Source: Ginglymostoma cirratum (lineage: Eukaryota). From it: a DNA stretch of 64,000 nucleotides. The notes under the pieces are model-generated. The model was not told where the DNA came from. It made no database searches and saw only the letters and a program-made list of their open reading frames with translations. This document shows, piece by piece, positions 1 to 13,078 of this stretch (position 1 is the first letter of the stretch; each line of letters opens with the position of its first letter). The stretch covers positions 12,295,933 to 12,359,932 of the forward strand of contig JAHRHZ010000003.1 of assembly GCA_024137785.1 (NCBI GenBank), read 5' to 3'. The position numbers and the translations under genes are program-made.

Positions 1-390
1 GAGCTCAGAATCTAGGCTGACAGTCCAGTGCAAGCCTGAGGGAGTGCTGCACTATCAAAGTTGCTGCTTTCTTGTGAGAGCTTATATCTCCCCAGCAATT
101 TTGGATAGAAAAGATCTTGTGGACATTTCAAAGAGTAGTAGTGTTCTCCCTCACATCTGGTTAATATTTATCATTTGAGCAATATCACAAAAATACGCTT
201 TCGTTATCCTATCATAATGTTACCAGGTCATAGTCACATTGTTCCTTGTGGAGCTTCTCATGCATAAAATGGTTGCAGCACTTCCCACATTAGAACAATG
301 ACTTCAATTGTACTTAATTGCTTTCAGATCATTTTCTAATATCGTGAGTTCATGAAAGGTTTTAAATAAATGTAAATTCTTTCTTCCTTT
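1..390 (+). mobile_element. DeuSINE (SacSINE1-like), 5' part cut by the window edge
   Basis: ggctgacagtccagtgca...gagggagtgctgcact and aatatttatc Deu-domain motifs; tail gaaaggttttaaataaatgtaaattctttctt. Confidence 0.75.
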
Positions 391-476
391 TAAAACCTCT
401 CTTTGCAGTAAAGGTTGTCAATCGATCTGCACCATGGTGTACCGTGACAAAGCATGAAACTTCAATTGATTTTGGC

Positions 477-666
477 TATAAAAATCAGTCTGACACAGTT
501 CTATCAGTCAATACTCACTGTGGAACTGATCTGTGTTCAGCTCTCGCTGCACAGAACATTAAACCAGGATACACATTGTATCTAATTTGACCAAAGGATG
601 CTGTTGTCCATCTGGACCATTCATTAAGACTGCTCTCGCCGCTTCTGTGTCTGCAAAGATCTGAAG
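477..666 (+). promoter_or_regulatory. Candidate TATA box and non-coding first exon of SLC4A5
   Basis: TATAAAA at 477-483 and a strong AAG|gtaaga donor at 666/667 in non-repetitive sequence. The ATG exon has its own acceptor, so an upstream UTR exon is needed. Motif evidence only. Confidence 0.25.
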
Positions 667-3600
667 GTAAGATTATCATATATCAAAAGGAGCTGGTGTG
701 TTTTTACCCACACGCCGTAGGAATAAATTGATAAAGTCTCGTATTTTTAAACTGTAGGTTTGACTGAACAGGTCATGGTATATTTTTGCACTTACAATCA
801 CTCCTACGTGGTTTGGATTCTGTGGTGTTTTGCCTTGGTGTAGAGCTGTGTTTAAAAGCGGCATTAGTTTGAACTTTTTAGTCTGAGGGACATGAATCAT
901 ACTACTGAGTATAATCCCAATCTAATTTTTGAACTTCACAACGCGTGTTTTTGGAATGTCCGTCTAAGACCTGATTTTATTGAACAGATATACGTGTATG
1001 CAAGCAGTCAGAATGATGCACTTTATACAAAGCCTGACAAGGATGGCAACAGGAAAAGGATACTAATTGTACTAATATGTAACATTGTACAGACAAGTAC
1101 ACTGCGTGGGCTCAACATCATGGATTTTCCCCTGTTACCAAATCAAAGCATCTCTTCATGAGACTATTGTGCCCAGAACAAGGATACCTCCTTGGCTCTG
1201 GCTCAGGTTTCCTTCATTTGAGCCATTTGAGGTTCAGAATGATTCCCAAATTACTGAGTCAGTCTTGGGGGGAGCACAAAGTCTAGAATATTAACAAACC
1301 TGCTCAAGACTTCCCTAAAATAAATTGTCAATCTTAAAAGTAAAGGTGAAGATCAGAAGTATCTCTGTTTGATTACCAAGTAACTGAAAGCAGCAGTTTT
1401 CTCGCCTTGTGGTATTTAAAGGCCCTTTGGTCTCACATACCAATGGGTCTGGGTGTAAAATACTGGAAGTAACAGAGGGTGATTGGGTAGGTAGCAGTGC
1501 AATTTCCAGTATTCTTCTCATGCCCAGGAACAGAAAGTTCCTGCAAGATATCTCAGCCAAAGCTCAGAGGTAGAGATGCTACTACTGTGCCAAAGAGCCC
1601 TCAAGAGTTTTTGTCTGGAGTACTAATCCAGTGACAATACCATTTGCCAGCACCTCCATGACAGGCATTGGTTATAGCCTGTATAATTAACTAGGTTGGC
1701 ACATTTGCTGGGTCATTCAATAATTTCCTTCCTGTTCTGAGTTCCCCACACATCGAGTGCCTTACTTCAAGGGTTGGAGACTGGGTATACTGAGAACTTG
1801 GCCACTGCTGGTACTGCCACAAAATGCTTTTGCTGGAAGAAGTTTCATTAATGGCTTATGATTCATGGAGGGCCACAGTCAAGTGCCTGTAGAAAAGAAA
1901 AACTAGGGCAGAAAAAAAAAATGAAAGGATGTGATTAATAATCAAAGTGAGCATGGAGTCAACCCTTATTGCCAATAACGTGTTTTCTTTAAAAGTGCAA
2001 AATTTAATTTGAATGCAAATGTAATTTATGACAAATATTTCAATGTAACTAACTATATGAACAGTTATCAGTTTAAATATTGTTAGATTACTTTACTAGC
2101 TGTACTAATTAAACGCCATTGGTATCTCAATATTACAATCAGTGAAGAATGTCCAGTAGTTACCAGTATGTGTAATAAAATAACACAATCAGCATTTAAT
2201 GTAAAAGCTTGTTGTCAAAATACACTAAAAATTAACTCAATAAACCTTCAGTTTTGCATTTCTTCATCAGGTACTCTTTGTGATTCCTCTTTCCCAGAAA
2301 AGGGCTTGAAACTAAGGTATTTTCATCAGTCAAGGGGGCTGAGGGTCATTGAATCAAGGTGGGCTGAAACACAGATTCACCTAAGATTCAGAATTGTCCT
2401 GATTCACCTGAATGGTGAAAGAAGCTCAAGTGGCTAAATATTTCATGACTTTTTTTGTGTTCCTTACCACCTATAATCTTACTGCCTCTTGGGAGTGCTG
2501 GGACACTGAATTTAACCTCACAGGAAATTGTTAACGGTCTATACTTCATGAACAATATTTTAAAATTTGTTTTATTACCAAATTTGCCAGCAAATTTGCT
2601 TTTGAACTCAAAATGTGGAGGCTGTCTCTTCAGGAATTTGATTGGATATTTATTAATTTGGGGTGAAATGAAATTTTGTGAGCTATTGGCTCACAAATAT
2701 GGCTTTACTATGCGACAGGAATTTAATCTCTACACACACTGGGCTGGTCACAAATGTTGTGGCTGAAAGTGCCTTTGACAGCATTGATTTAGTTTCTGTC
2801 AGTAATACTAATATGTAAATAAGTGCAACCAAGCCTAAAGGACATCATCCTGAAATAGAACAGAAGAGGAGTCCTCAGTATAAGGAACAATTTGGTCTCA
2901 CTAACAGTAATTGCCCTTCTCTGTGAAACTGCTACATCAGCCTTGATAGATGGGATTTCTCTTAGACAGTTTTGTCTCCTCAATCAATATCTCCTAATAC
3001 AGATGTTCCAATCCAGAGGGGACTTTTTCTCCACAATGTTATATTTGGAATGTCCACACTCAGCAAAATAAGCAATGTGTGCAATTTCACACATTCTGCT
3101 TCAGAACAGAATTAACAGCACAGAAGACTGTTTGGCCTATCAAACCCATGTCAATTCTTTGAAAGATTTTTCCAATTACGGCCACTCCCCTGTTTTTATC
3201 CCATCGACATGCAATTTTCTTTTCTCCGGTTGCTTTTTTAAAGTCTCTCTTGCATCAACAGTTACCATCCTTTCAGGTTCATTCCATATTGTAACTTGCT
3301 TGTGACTGCCTCAACTGGGCCACAACCTCGATGTCAGTGTGATTAATGGGAGCTGGTGCTCTGGACCAATACTAGTGAGGCTGATGAAGCACATTATATG
3401 ATGGCTGCCAACAACTAGCAAAGAGTTTTATGCCATATGTTTAAATTTGATTTGATTCAGGACAAAGAGATAAAACGAGTCTAACTAATTTATAGGATCA
3501 GTCAAAAATAGTTCCAAGATTGATAATCAGTTGTATGAGAACAACATTCAAATATTTCACTTTGGTGTATTCATCCTGTACCATTTTCATGCAGTCCTTA

Positions 3601-3869
3601 AATATGCGTCCTTTCATTACTGACCCTTTCCCACTGGAAGCAGTTTCTCCCAATTTACTCAGTTAAAATCCATTCATGAGTTGTCTCTTCTATCTGCTTG
3701 ATTTATAACTTGTTTCTCCAATATTGTGAATCTTAAAATAGTAGCCTTCTTTTATCTAGAGCTGTGTATTTGGATTCACATCCTTGCTGCCAAGAGGAAC
3801 TCTGTCTCCTCTGTATGTGATTTTTCTTCACAGTAAAGCTCTCCCTTTGTTCATGGCTTTCTTGCCAAC

Positions 3870-5375
3870 CAGATGTTGGGATTCTTCTCCTTCGAGCAGG
3901 GAAGTTTAAGAGGAGACCAAATCGAGGCATGAGAGCAAGTAGAGAGACACTTTTTCCTCTGGCAAGTGAGTTGCTAAACAGAGGCGATAGATTTATCATA
4001 ATTGACAAAGGAAGGATTAGTGAACTGAGGAAACAGTTTTCTCACACAAAGGGTTGTGACTATCTCCAACACATTTCCTGAAAGATTGGTAGAATCAGAT
4101 TCCATTCTAACTTTTAAATGACAAATGGACAGGTTGTTGGAGACAGCTCATTTGTAAGGCTGTGTGGAAGGAACAAAGAGCAAAGAACAAAGAAAATTAC
4201 AGCACAGGAACAGTCCCTTCGGCCCTCCAAGCGTGAACCAATATGCTGCCCGTCACAACTAAAATCCCCTACTCTTCCGGGGACCATATCCCTCTATTCC
4301 CATCCTATTTATGTATTTGTCAAGACGCCGTTTAAAAGCCATTGTTGTATCTGCTTCTACTACTTCCCCCTGCAGTGAGTTCCAGGCACCCACCACCCTC
4401 TGTGTAAAATACTTGCCTCGTAAATCACTTTTAAACCTTGCCCCTCGCACCTTAAACCTATGCCCCCAGTAACTGACTCTTCCACCCTGGGAAAAAGTTT
4501 CTGACTGTCCATTCTGTCCGTGCCCTTCATAATCTTGTAGACCTCTATCAGGTCGCCCTTCAATCTCTGTTGTTCCAGTGAGAACAACCCAAGTTTCTCC
4601 GACCTCTCCTCATAGCTGATGCCCTCCATTCCAGGCAACATCCTGGTAAATCTTTTCTGTACCCTTTCCAAAGTCACCACACCCTTCTGGTAGTGTGACG
4701 ACCAGAATTGAACACAATATTCCAAATATGGCCTAACTGAGGTTCTATAAAGCTGCAATATTACCTGCCAATTTTTAAACTCAATGCCCCGGCCAATGAA
4801 GGCAACCATGCCGTATGCCTTGTTGACTACCTTTTCCACCTGCTTGCCACTTTCAGTGACCTGTGTACCCGTGGACCCAGATCCCTCTGCCTATCAATAC
4901 TCTTAAGGATTCTGTCATTTACTGTATATTTTCCATCTGGATTAGACCTTCTGAAATGCATTACCTCAAATTTTCCGGATGAACTTTCATCGGCCATCTC
5001 TCTGCTCGAGTCACCAACCGATCTATGTCCAGCTGTATCCTCTGACGGTCTTCATCGTTATCCACAATTCCACCAACCTTTGCGTCATCCGCAAACTTAC
5101 TAAACAGACCAATTCCATTTTCCTCCAAATCATTTATATATTATAAGTAACAAAAGTCCCAACACCGATCTCTGAGGAATGTCACTAGTCACAGCCCTCC
5201 ATTCAGAAACATCCCTCCCACTGCTATCCTTTGTCTTCTATGACTAAGTCAGTGTTTTATCCATCTTGCAAGGTCAGAGTAGAGAAAGAGTCAAGAGTGA
5301 GAATAACTGAACAGCTCTTTTAAAGAGCCAGCAGAGGCATGATGAGCTGAATTATTTCTTTCTGTGTTGTAAAAG
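3870..5375 (+). mobile_element. Old CR1-type LINE 3' end (3870-4170, resuming about 5285-5375), split by a younger CR1
   Basis: Decayed GFFSLEQ..LRGD coding sequence; the 3' UTR cagctcttttaaagagccagc...tgagctgaat continues after the insert. Confidence 0.6.
4170..5272 (-). mobile_element. 5'-truncated CR1/HER1 LINE (RT C-terminus and 3' UTR), frameshifted
   Basis: ORFs 4360-4839 and 4259-4450 (RPYLEYCVQFWS, LFSLEQQRLKGDLIEVYK, FTQRVV); FADD at about 5083-5094; (gaacaaa)n tail. Confidence 0.93.
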
Positions 5376-8250
5376 TCAATAATTCTGTAAGCTCTCCTCG
5401 TGCTCCAAGCAGCCACCAAAGGTCAAGAATATCTGGTTCAAATAGCAGATTAATTCTGGTTGACAAAAAACAGACAATGACCAGATTTGGTAAAATATGA
5501 TCCCAAATTATTGTCTCAAACTCTTGCTTAGTATTGGCTAATTGGAACAATTTGCAAAATTAAACAATCTGCAATCAGGACAAGTTATTAGTATGTTGTT
5601 GTTATTAAGTTTTTAATGCATGAAATATTCAGCCTCTGACATACCATGTCTTCTGAAATGACGTAAAAGCTACTTACAACAGAATATAGGCTTCTCATCC
5701 CAAATATTGATGGATTTCCCAGCAACCCTGAAACCATGTAACCCACACACTGTTCTCTCTCAGCGCATACATTTGTTGTAAATTGTCGCTCAATCACCCT
5801 TTAACAAAGCTTTTTATGAACCTCAGAAACTCACTGTTCTAAGAGCAGGAGCTATTTTACTTCTCAAATTATTGTCAAGTAACAAAATATTTGTCTGGTT
5901 GTCTGCTGTGAATTGGTGAAATTGTTTTTAAACCAAGATTCCATGCATACTGATTTAAAGTTGTTACATCGTGAGTCTGCACAGTGATCTCTCTCGAACT
6001 GATTGACACTGTCCACCAAATGACGACAAGTCAAAGCGACAAGCTCACAGCTGAAGTAAGGGAGCACATCAGCAGAGGACTTACAAACTGAGTTCCCTAA
6101 GGTATGGAATTCAAATTTTGCTTTTCTCAAAACCAACCTGTACTCACTTCTTACAAAATTGTGAATTTGCAGCAGTGTGCTGGGACCGTGCAATTTTCAT
6201 AATGCTTTCAGCTTTCTGATTCCATCACATTACTTGTGCAAATGAAGTGACACATGCTCATTTCATATAGTGCACACACAAATTTACAATCATTATTTCG
6301 AAAAGCTCAATGTGAGGGATTTCATTTGACAATTAATTAGGTTTGACAATTGGATCACAGTCCAAAAGGAAAGTATTGATTTTCAGGCACTGGTAAAATG
6401 ACAATACAAATCATCATATTCAATTTCAAACAACTTAAAGGGCCAGCAATGATCTGGTGTTAAAGAAAACCTATGAAGACAAGAGATTTGGGTGTTATGA
6501 TAAAAAAAATCATCAAATTAGCAATTGTAAATAATCTGCTGGTCCTCTCTCAATTGCCATTAATCTTGCCTTCTGCCTCATGACATTAGGTTTGGTTGGC
6601 GGCATGGTTTGGTGAGCCCAGGAAGTGAAATTAGTCTTGAGTATCACCAACAAATCCAACAATCAGACAGGATGTAAAATGGACGTTTGAAATTGTTACT
6701 ACTGTTGGGCTGCAGTGAAGCAACTGAGCGGCAAACCTGACAGATTATTATAGACTTCAAAGAAGGAAATTCCAGAAGGCATAAACCATTTTCACTGAGT
6801 GCGTAATGGTATGATTTCGAGCAATAATAAACTATAGTATAGCCAAATATGGAACTACCTATTGCAATTTCAATTTTGATGCACAGACAAATAAAGTTAC
6901 CCTCTTCAAATGTTCTCATTACAAAGATTTTATCTCAATGGGAAGTCGCAAATAGATAGACCATTAAGTGTTAGGCAGGTAGGAAAATGTTTACAAGAAA
7001 TGATTGGAGAAGAATTAATTGGCATTAGGGGAAATATTGTAGAGTAAATGAGCCTAGTAAGATTTTTTAAATGAAAATTAAATCCAATTGAACATGCTTG
7101 GATTATTTGATGAAATAAGAGAGAGAATTCAAGAGGTAGAATTATTAAAGGCACTTAACAATGAGAATGTAGAAATAGATATGATAGCAAAATTGAAGCC
7201 TGTGAAATTATGAACATACAATGAAAGGAGTAGCATTCTGCCCCTCAAGATTAATCATGGCCAATCTGATCTAAATCTCAAATCCACTTTCCCACATAAC
7301 CCCGAGAACATTTCATCCTATTGCTTACGAAGAACCCTGCTTCTACCACCTTTGCAGCAAGAGATTTCCAAATGCTCACAACCGCCTACGAAAAATTATT
7401 TTTTCCTTATCTCTGTTTTAAAAGGGCCACTTCTTATTTTTAAACAGTGACTCCTGAATTCTGCCATAGAAGGAAAAGTCTTTTCCTTATTCACCCTGTC
7501 AAGGTTGTTCAAGACCTACTTTGTTTCAATTAAGTTGCCTGTTGCTGTTCTAAATTCTAACAGACACAAGCCTAGCCTGCCCAACATCTTCTCATAAGAC
7601 GGTCTGTCCATTCCAGGTATTAGTCTGGTAAACCTTCTCTCAACTGATTCCAACACAGAAAATCCTTCCTTAAATACAGAAACCAACACTGTGCATGATA
7701 CCATAGATGTGGTTGCCCAGTGCCCCGTACAAGTGAAGCATAACCCCCCTACTTAGTATTCAATTCTCCAAGTGGTAAATTATGATATTCTATTTGCTTT
7801 CCTGATTACTTGCTGTACCTGCACACTAACCTTTTGTAATTCATGCAAAAGGACATTCAGATCCCTCTGCATTTCAGTGTTCTGCATTCTCTCAATATTT
7901 AGCTAATATTTAGAAAACTTCTATTTTTCCTGCCAAAGTGGACAATTCCACATTTTCACACAATTGCCAGATCTTTGTCGGCTGTCTTAACTAACCTATA
8001 TCCTTTTGTATTTTCCTACCTATCTTTGTGTTATCAGTAATTTTGGTAACTACACCTTCTGACCCTTCATCTAAGTCATTCTTGGAAGTTACAAATATTG
8101 ATTTCTCAGCACTGAAAAAGTTGCATTCATTGCTAATCTTGACTTCCTGTTAGCCAGCCCTGTCTTTTATTCATGTCAATATGTAACTCTCTACACCATG
8201 AGCTCTTATTTTCCACAAGAACTTTTAATGAGACATTTTATAAATGTCTT

Positions 8251-9926
8251 AAGACCATAAGACATAGGAGTGGAAGTAAGGCCATTCGGCCCATCGAGTC
8301 CACTCCACCATTTAAACATGGCTGATGGACATTTCAACTCCACTTACCCGCACTCTCCCCGCAGCCCTTGATTCCTTGCGAGATCAAGAATTTATCAATC
8401 TCTGCCTTGAAGACATTTAACGTCCTGGCCTCCACTGCGCTCCATGGCAATGAATTCCACAGGCCCACCACTCTCTGGCTGAAGAAATGTCTCCTCATTT
8501 CCGTTCTAAATCGACCCCCTCTAATTCTAAGGCTGTGCCCATGGGTCCTAGTATCCCCACCTAACGGAAACAACTTCCCAGCGTCCACCCTTTCTAAGCC
8601 ATGCATTATCTTGTAAGTTTCTGTTAGATCTCCCCTCGACCTTCTAAACTCTAATGAATACAATCCCAGGATCCTCAGCCGTTCATCGTATGTTAGGCCT
8701 ACCGTTCCAGGGATCATCCGTGTGAACCTCCACTGGACACGCTCCAGTGCCAGTATGTCCTTCCTGAGGTGTGGGAACCAAAATTGGACACAGTATTCTA
8801 AATGGGGCCTAACTTGAGCTTTATAAAGTCTCAGAAGCACATCACTGATTTTATATTCCAACCGTCTTGAGATAAATGACAACATTCCATTCGCTTTCTT
8901 AATCACAGACTCAACCTGCAAGTTAACCTTTAGAGAATCCTGTACTTGCACTCCCAGATCCCTTTGTACTTCGGCTTTATGAATTTTCTCACCGTTCAGA
9001 AAATAGTCCATGCCTGTATTCTTTTTTCCAAGGTGCAAGACCTCACATTTGCTCACGTTGAATTTCAGCAGCCATTTCCTGGACCACTCTCCTAAACTGT
9101 CTAAATCCTTCTGCAGCCTCCCCACCTCCTCCGTACTACCTGCCTGTCCACCCAACTTCGTATCATCGGCAAACTTCGCCAGAATGCCCCCAGTCCCTTC
9201 ATCCAGATCATTAATATATAAAGTGAACAGCTGCGGCCCCAACACTGAACCCTGCGGGACACCACTTGTCACCGGTTGCCATTCCGAAAAATAGCCTTTT
9301 ATCCCAACTCTCTGCCTTCTGTCAGACAGCCAATCCTCAATCCATGCCAGTAACTCACCTCGAACACCATGGGCCCTCACCTTACTCAGCAGCCTCCCGT
9401 GAGGCACCTTATCAAAGGCCTTTTGGAAGTCTAGATAGATAACATCCACTGGGTTTCCCTGGTCTAACCTACTTGTTACCTCTTCAAAGAATTCTAACAG
9501 GTTTGTCAGACACGACCTCCCCTTACTAAATCCATGCTGACTTGTTCTAATCTGACCCTGCACTTCCAAGAATTTAGAAATCTCACCCTTAACGATAGAT
9601 TCTAGAATTTTACCAACAACCGAGGTTAGGCTAATCGGCCTATAATTTTCCATCTTTTGTCTTGATCCTTTCTTAAACAAGGGGGTTACAACAGCGATTT
9701 TCCGATCTTTTGGGACTTCTCCTGACTCCAGTGACTTTTGAAAGATCACAACCAACGCCTCTGCTATTTCCTCAGCCATCTCCCTCAGAACTCTAGGATG
9801 CAGCCCATCGGGGCCAGGAGATTTATCAATTTTTAGACCTTTTAGCTTTTCTAGCACTTTCTCTTTTGTAATGCCTACCCTACTCAACTCTTCCCCCTGA
9901 CTCTCCTTAATTGTTGGGATATTATT
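8251..9926 (-). mobile_element. Young 5'-truncated CR1/HER1 LINE with an uninterrupted RT reading frame of about 530 codons
   Basis: ORF 8334-9971 contains KSPGPDG, NYRPISLTS, LDFQKAFDKV, GVPQGSVLGP and KFADDTK; tail aagaccataagacataggag. Confidence 0.96.
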
Positions 9927-10460
9927 CTGGAAAGATAAATACAATGTATTTACTAGTTCCCCTTTATTCACAGCATGTTACCACCTCAAATAACTCCAAT
10001 AGATTAGTTAAATAAAATTTCCCTCTCTTGAAATGACATTGGTTCTGCCAAATTCCTTGGAGCTTTCTAAGTGCCCCCTTATAATACCTTTAAAAACATT
10101 TTTCCAATGGTAGATGTTAAGCAGATATTATGTAGTTTCCTGCTTTCTGCCTCCCTCATTTATGAATAAAGGAGTTACATTTGCTTTTTCACATCTAATG
10201 GGATCTTCCCCTAAGCGAGCAAGTTTTGTAAATGAAAACCAATGCATTAAATATCTCACAAGCAATTTCTTTGAAGACCCTAGGATAGAATCCATCAGGA
10301 CCCAGGCAGTTACCAGTCCACAACTCCAATAATTTATTCAGTACCACTTCTCTGGTGATTGTGATTTTGCTGAGTTCCTCCCTTTCTACATTTATTTTTC
10401 CATCTGGAGTGTTATATGCATCCTCTATAGCAAAGATTGATACAATACCCTTGTTCAATT

Positions 10461-10920
10461 CTTTTTTCCTTTATTCATTCATGGGATGAGGGCATCACTG
10501 ACCAAGTAGTATTTATTGCTCATCCCTAATTGCCCAGAGGGCAGTTCAGAGTCAACCACATTGCTGTGATGATCTGTCCAGTTTCATTTCTTTGAGACTT
10601 TGTAGCAATTGGTACAACTGAATGACTTGCTATGGCATATGAGAGTCAACCACATTACTGTGAGTCCGGAGGTACTTGTAGGCCAGACCAGGTAAGGATG
10701 GCAGATTTCCTTCTCTGAAGGACATTAGTGAAACAGATGGGTTTTTCCCCGACAATCGGCAATGAATTCATGGTCATCATTAGATTCTTAATACCAGATA
10801 GATTATTGAATTCAAATTTCACCATCTGCCATGGCGGGATTTGAACCCAGGTCCCCAGGACGTTGTCTGAGTCTCTAGATTAACAGTCCAGTGATAATAC
10901 CATTAGGCCATGGCCTCCCC
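10461..10920 (-). mobile_element. tRNA-derived SINE with a LINE-derived tail
   Basis: On the minus strand: A box TGGCCTAATGG, B box GGTTCAAATCC, tail GGGCAATTAGGGATGAGCAATAAATAC...CCCATGAATGAATAAAG. Confidence 0.88.
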
Positions 10921-11199
10921 ATTACTCTGCCATTTCCTTATTTTCCATTATCAATTCTCCAGACTTACTTTCCAATGGATCAATGTTCACTTTGTTAACT
11001 GTTCTCATTTTTAATTATTTGTAGAAAGCCTTACTATCTGTTTTTACATTTCTGGCTCGATTTATTTCTTTCTAATCTTTTTCCTCCTTATTCATTTTTT
11101 TTGTCATTTTTTGTGTTTTTAATATATTCTGCTGTAAAAGTAGGATAATATTTTTATGAATGACAATGTTATACACTGAGCACCATGTTAAAAAAAAAT

Positions 11200-11710
11200 A
11201 TGCTGCAAAGTGTTGGGAAAAACTCAGCAGGGCTGGCAGCATCTAACCGTAACTTCCAGTTGCCTTCCATTTCAACACACCATCATGTTTCCTGGCCAGC
11301 ATCTCTGTCTTGGGTTTGCTGCAGTGCTCCAGTGAAGCTTAGCGCAAGCTGGAATAACAGCGCCTCATTTTACATTTGGGAACCCTGCAAGCTTCTTGAC
11401 TCAACATTGAATTCAATCAGTTTAGGCCTTAAGCAGCTTCCCCCATTTCCTTACCCCAAACCCAACGCACCAGGCCTTGTCATCAGAAGGGCTGCTACCA
11501 CAAACAACCCATTGTCAGCCACTGATGATCCCTATTAGCAGCTATTCACTCTCCCAGGCCAACCTTTACCCTTCCCCAATCAGCCAGTTGCTGTTCTCTC
11601 TCTCTGGGCTCCATCTCTAGCAATTGTATATACCTCCTCCCTCCCTCCATATTCAGTATAAATGTCTTTGTTTCTCATTTCCAGCATCCGCTGTTCTTTG
11701 GTTTTATTTT
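11200..11710 (+). mobile_element. Penelope-like element remnant: short inverted terminus, GIY-YIG C-terminus and 3' UTR
   Basis: From about 11254 it reads LPVAFHFNT...VLGLLQCSSEA*RKLE*QRLILHLGTLQ..LNIEFNQF, resembling the PLE endonuclease end. It starts aaactcagcagggctggcagcatct and ends ttccagcatccgctgttctttgg. Confidence 0.8.
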
Positions 11711-11719
11711 GTTCTGCTG

Positions 11720-13078
11720 CAAGGACACTTTGCACATTTGGATAGGCACCCAACTTAGTACTTCTCACTCGCTCTCATAGCACACACTCCCTTTGTGCCT
11801 ATTTCTATGCTCACAGCATCCCTGCCTTGCCTTTTTGTGCTTTGTCCCCTCATCTGGAGCTAACAAGTTGCAAGCACCTCTAATTTATCTTGCCTTTTAG
11901 CGCAGACACAAAGCCAGAAGGCTTGTCATGGTTGTCAGCATTGATCTGTCGGTAGGGCGAACATGTTGCTGTGCTATATCAACCTCGCACCCGCACCATG
12001 TACCAGCAGCTTATGCCATAAATACGCTAGATGTGCTTCAGCCAAATAGCCACTTCTCAAAGTCTGACAGGAACAGTCCTCAGTCAAGGTCAGAGAGACA
12101 GCCTTCAGTCAGTGGGTTGCTGACAATAAGCCAAAGCCAACTTCCAGGAACATGGTCAGTTGGCCACTCAGGATGGTCACAGTGTGGACGCTCTCCTTGA
12201 TGGGGATAATGAACTAAACGTTGGGCACCTGATCACCTCTGTTGGCTCTTTCTGTCCTGCTGAGGGCCATTGTCTCCTAGAATGTGGCAAAGGGAAGGAT
12301 TGAAAGTGTTTGGCACAGATGCAAGTGCTGGGGAGGTGGGGGAAAGTGGTGAAGTGTCCCGAGTCAGGGAGTAAGAGGTGCAGAGGTCACACAGGATTAG
12401 TAGGGCGGGGAAATTGTGTGGGTAACAGTGAGGGAGGGAAGATGTTGCAGGCAATAGTGAGAGTGGTAGAGCAGGAGCCTGGTGACACCTGGGTGCAGTA
12501 GCAGAGCTAGAGTGAGTGTGAGCTGTTGGGGAGCAAATGGTGGCACTTATCTGAGTGAAGCAGTAAAGTTTATTGACCTTCATGGCACATTGTTGGGCTT
12601 TCCTCTAGATGGCTGAAAGCGCACTGACCTGAGTGGCAACCTTAGACCAGGCTGGCATGGTCTGGTGCTGTGGCTAGTGCTTGGGATGAGGACATATACA
12701 CCAGCCCATTCACGAAGACCTCCAGGTCCCTGTCTGCAAAGTCAGCACCTATTTCCCCTTACCTGCCATGTCAAAATAAATGGCATGAACTGTGTCTGGC
12801 AGATCTAGACTGACAGCATTTACCAGGTACACAGTGACCTTTTAAAGATGGAACTGGTGTCAGGAGTCCTGAGATGGCCTGGCAACAGTGAATACTTCTG
12901 CCAATGATGAGTGGGGGAATCGAGCTGGTGTGGGATAAGTGGTGCACCCTAGGAGCATAGTACCTAGTTAGTGAGGTGACTCTAGGACGAAAGCACATGA
13001 AAATCCTTTCAGCCTCAAAGAACCCTTCATGAAAATCGATGAAAATGACACTTAGCCAATTTCTGGTAAAATTCAGGC
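11720..13078 (-). mobile_element. Decayed PIF/Harbinger-type element carrying a Myb/SANT-like gene
   Basis: Minus strand from ATG 12769: MAGKGK..FADRDLEVFVNGL...PAWSKVATQVSALSAI*RKAQQCAMKVNKL, then a putative intron; terminus GCCTGAATTTT at 13078. Left edge approximate. Confidence 0.6.

Larger units (their letters stand above)
7205..11100 (-). mobile_element. Old decayed CR1 LINE hosting a younger CR1 (8251-9926) and a SINE (10461-10920)
   Basis: ORF fragments 7516-7704 and 10195-10458 (GPDGFYPRVFKE); the host sequence is contiguous across both inserts. Confidence 0.8.

Noticed and set aside
8368-9294. Plus-strand ORFs 8368-8616 and 9010-9294
   Set aside because: Antisense shadows of the CR1 RT frame.
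8334-9971. 545-aa RT ORF as a domesticated gene or retron-like system
   Set aside because: It is an ordinary 5'-truncated CR1 ORF2 with a LINE tail; the GTG start is borrowed from the host element and there is no sign of domestication.
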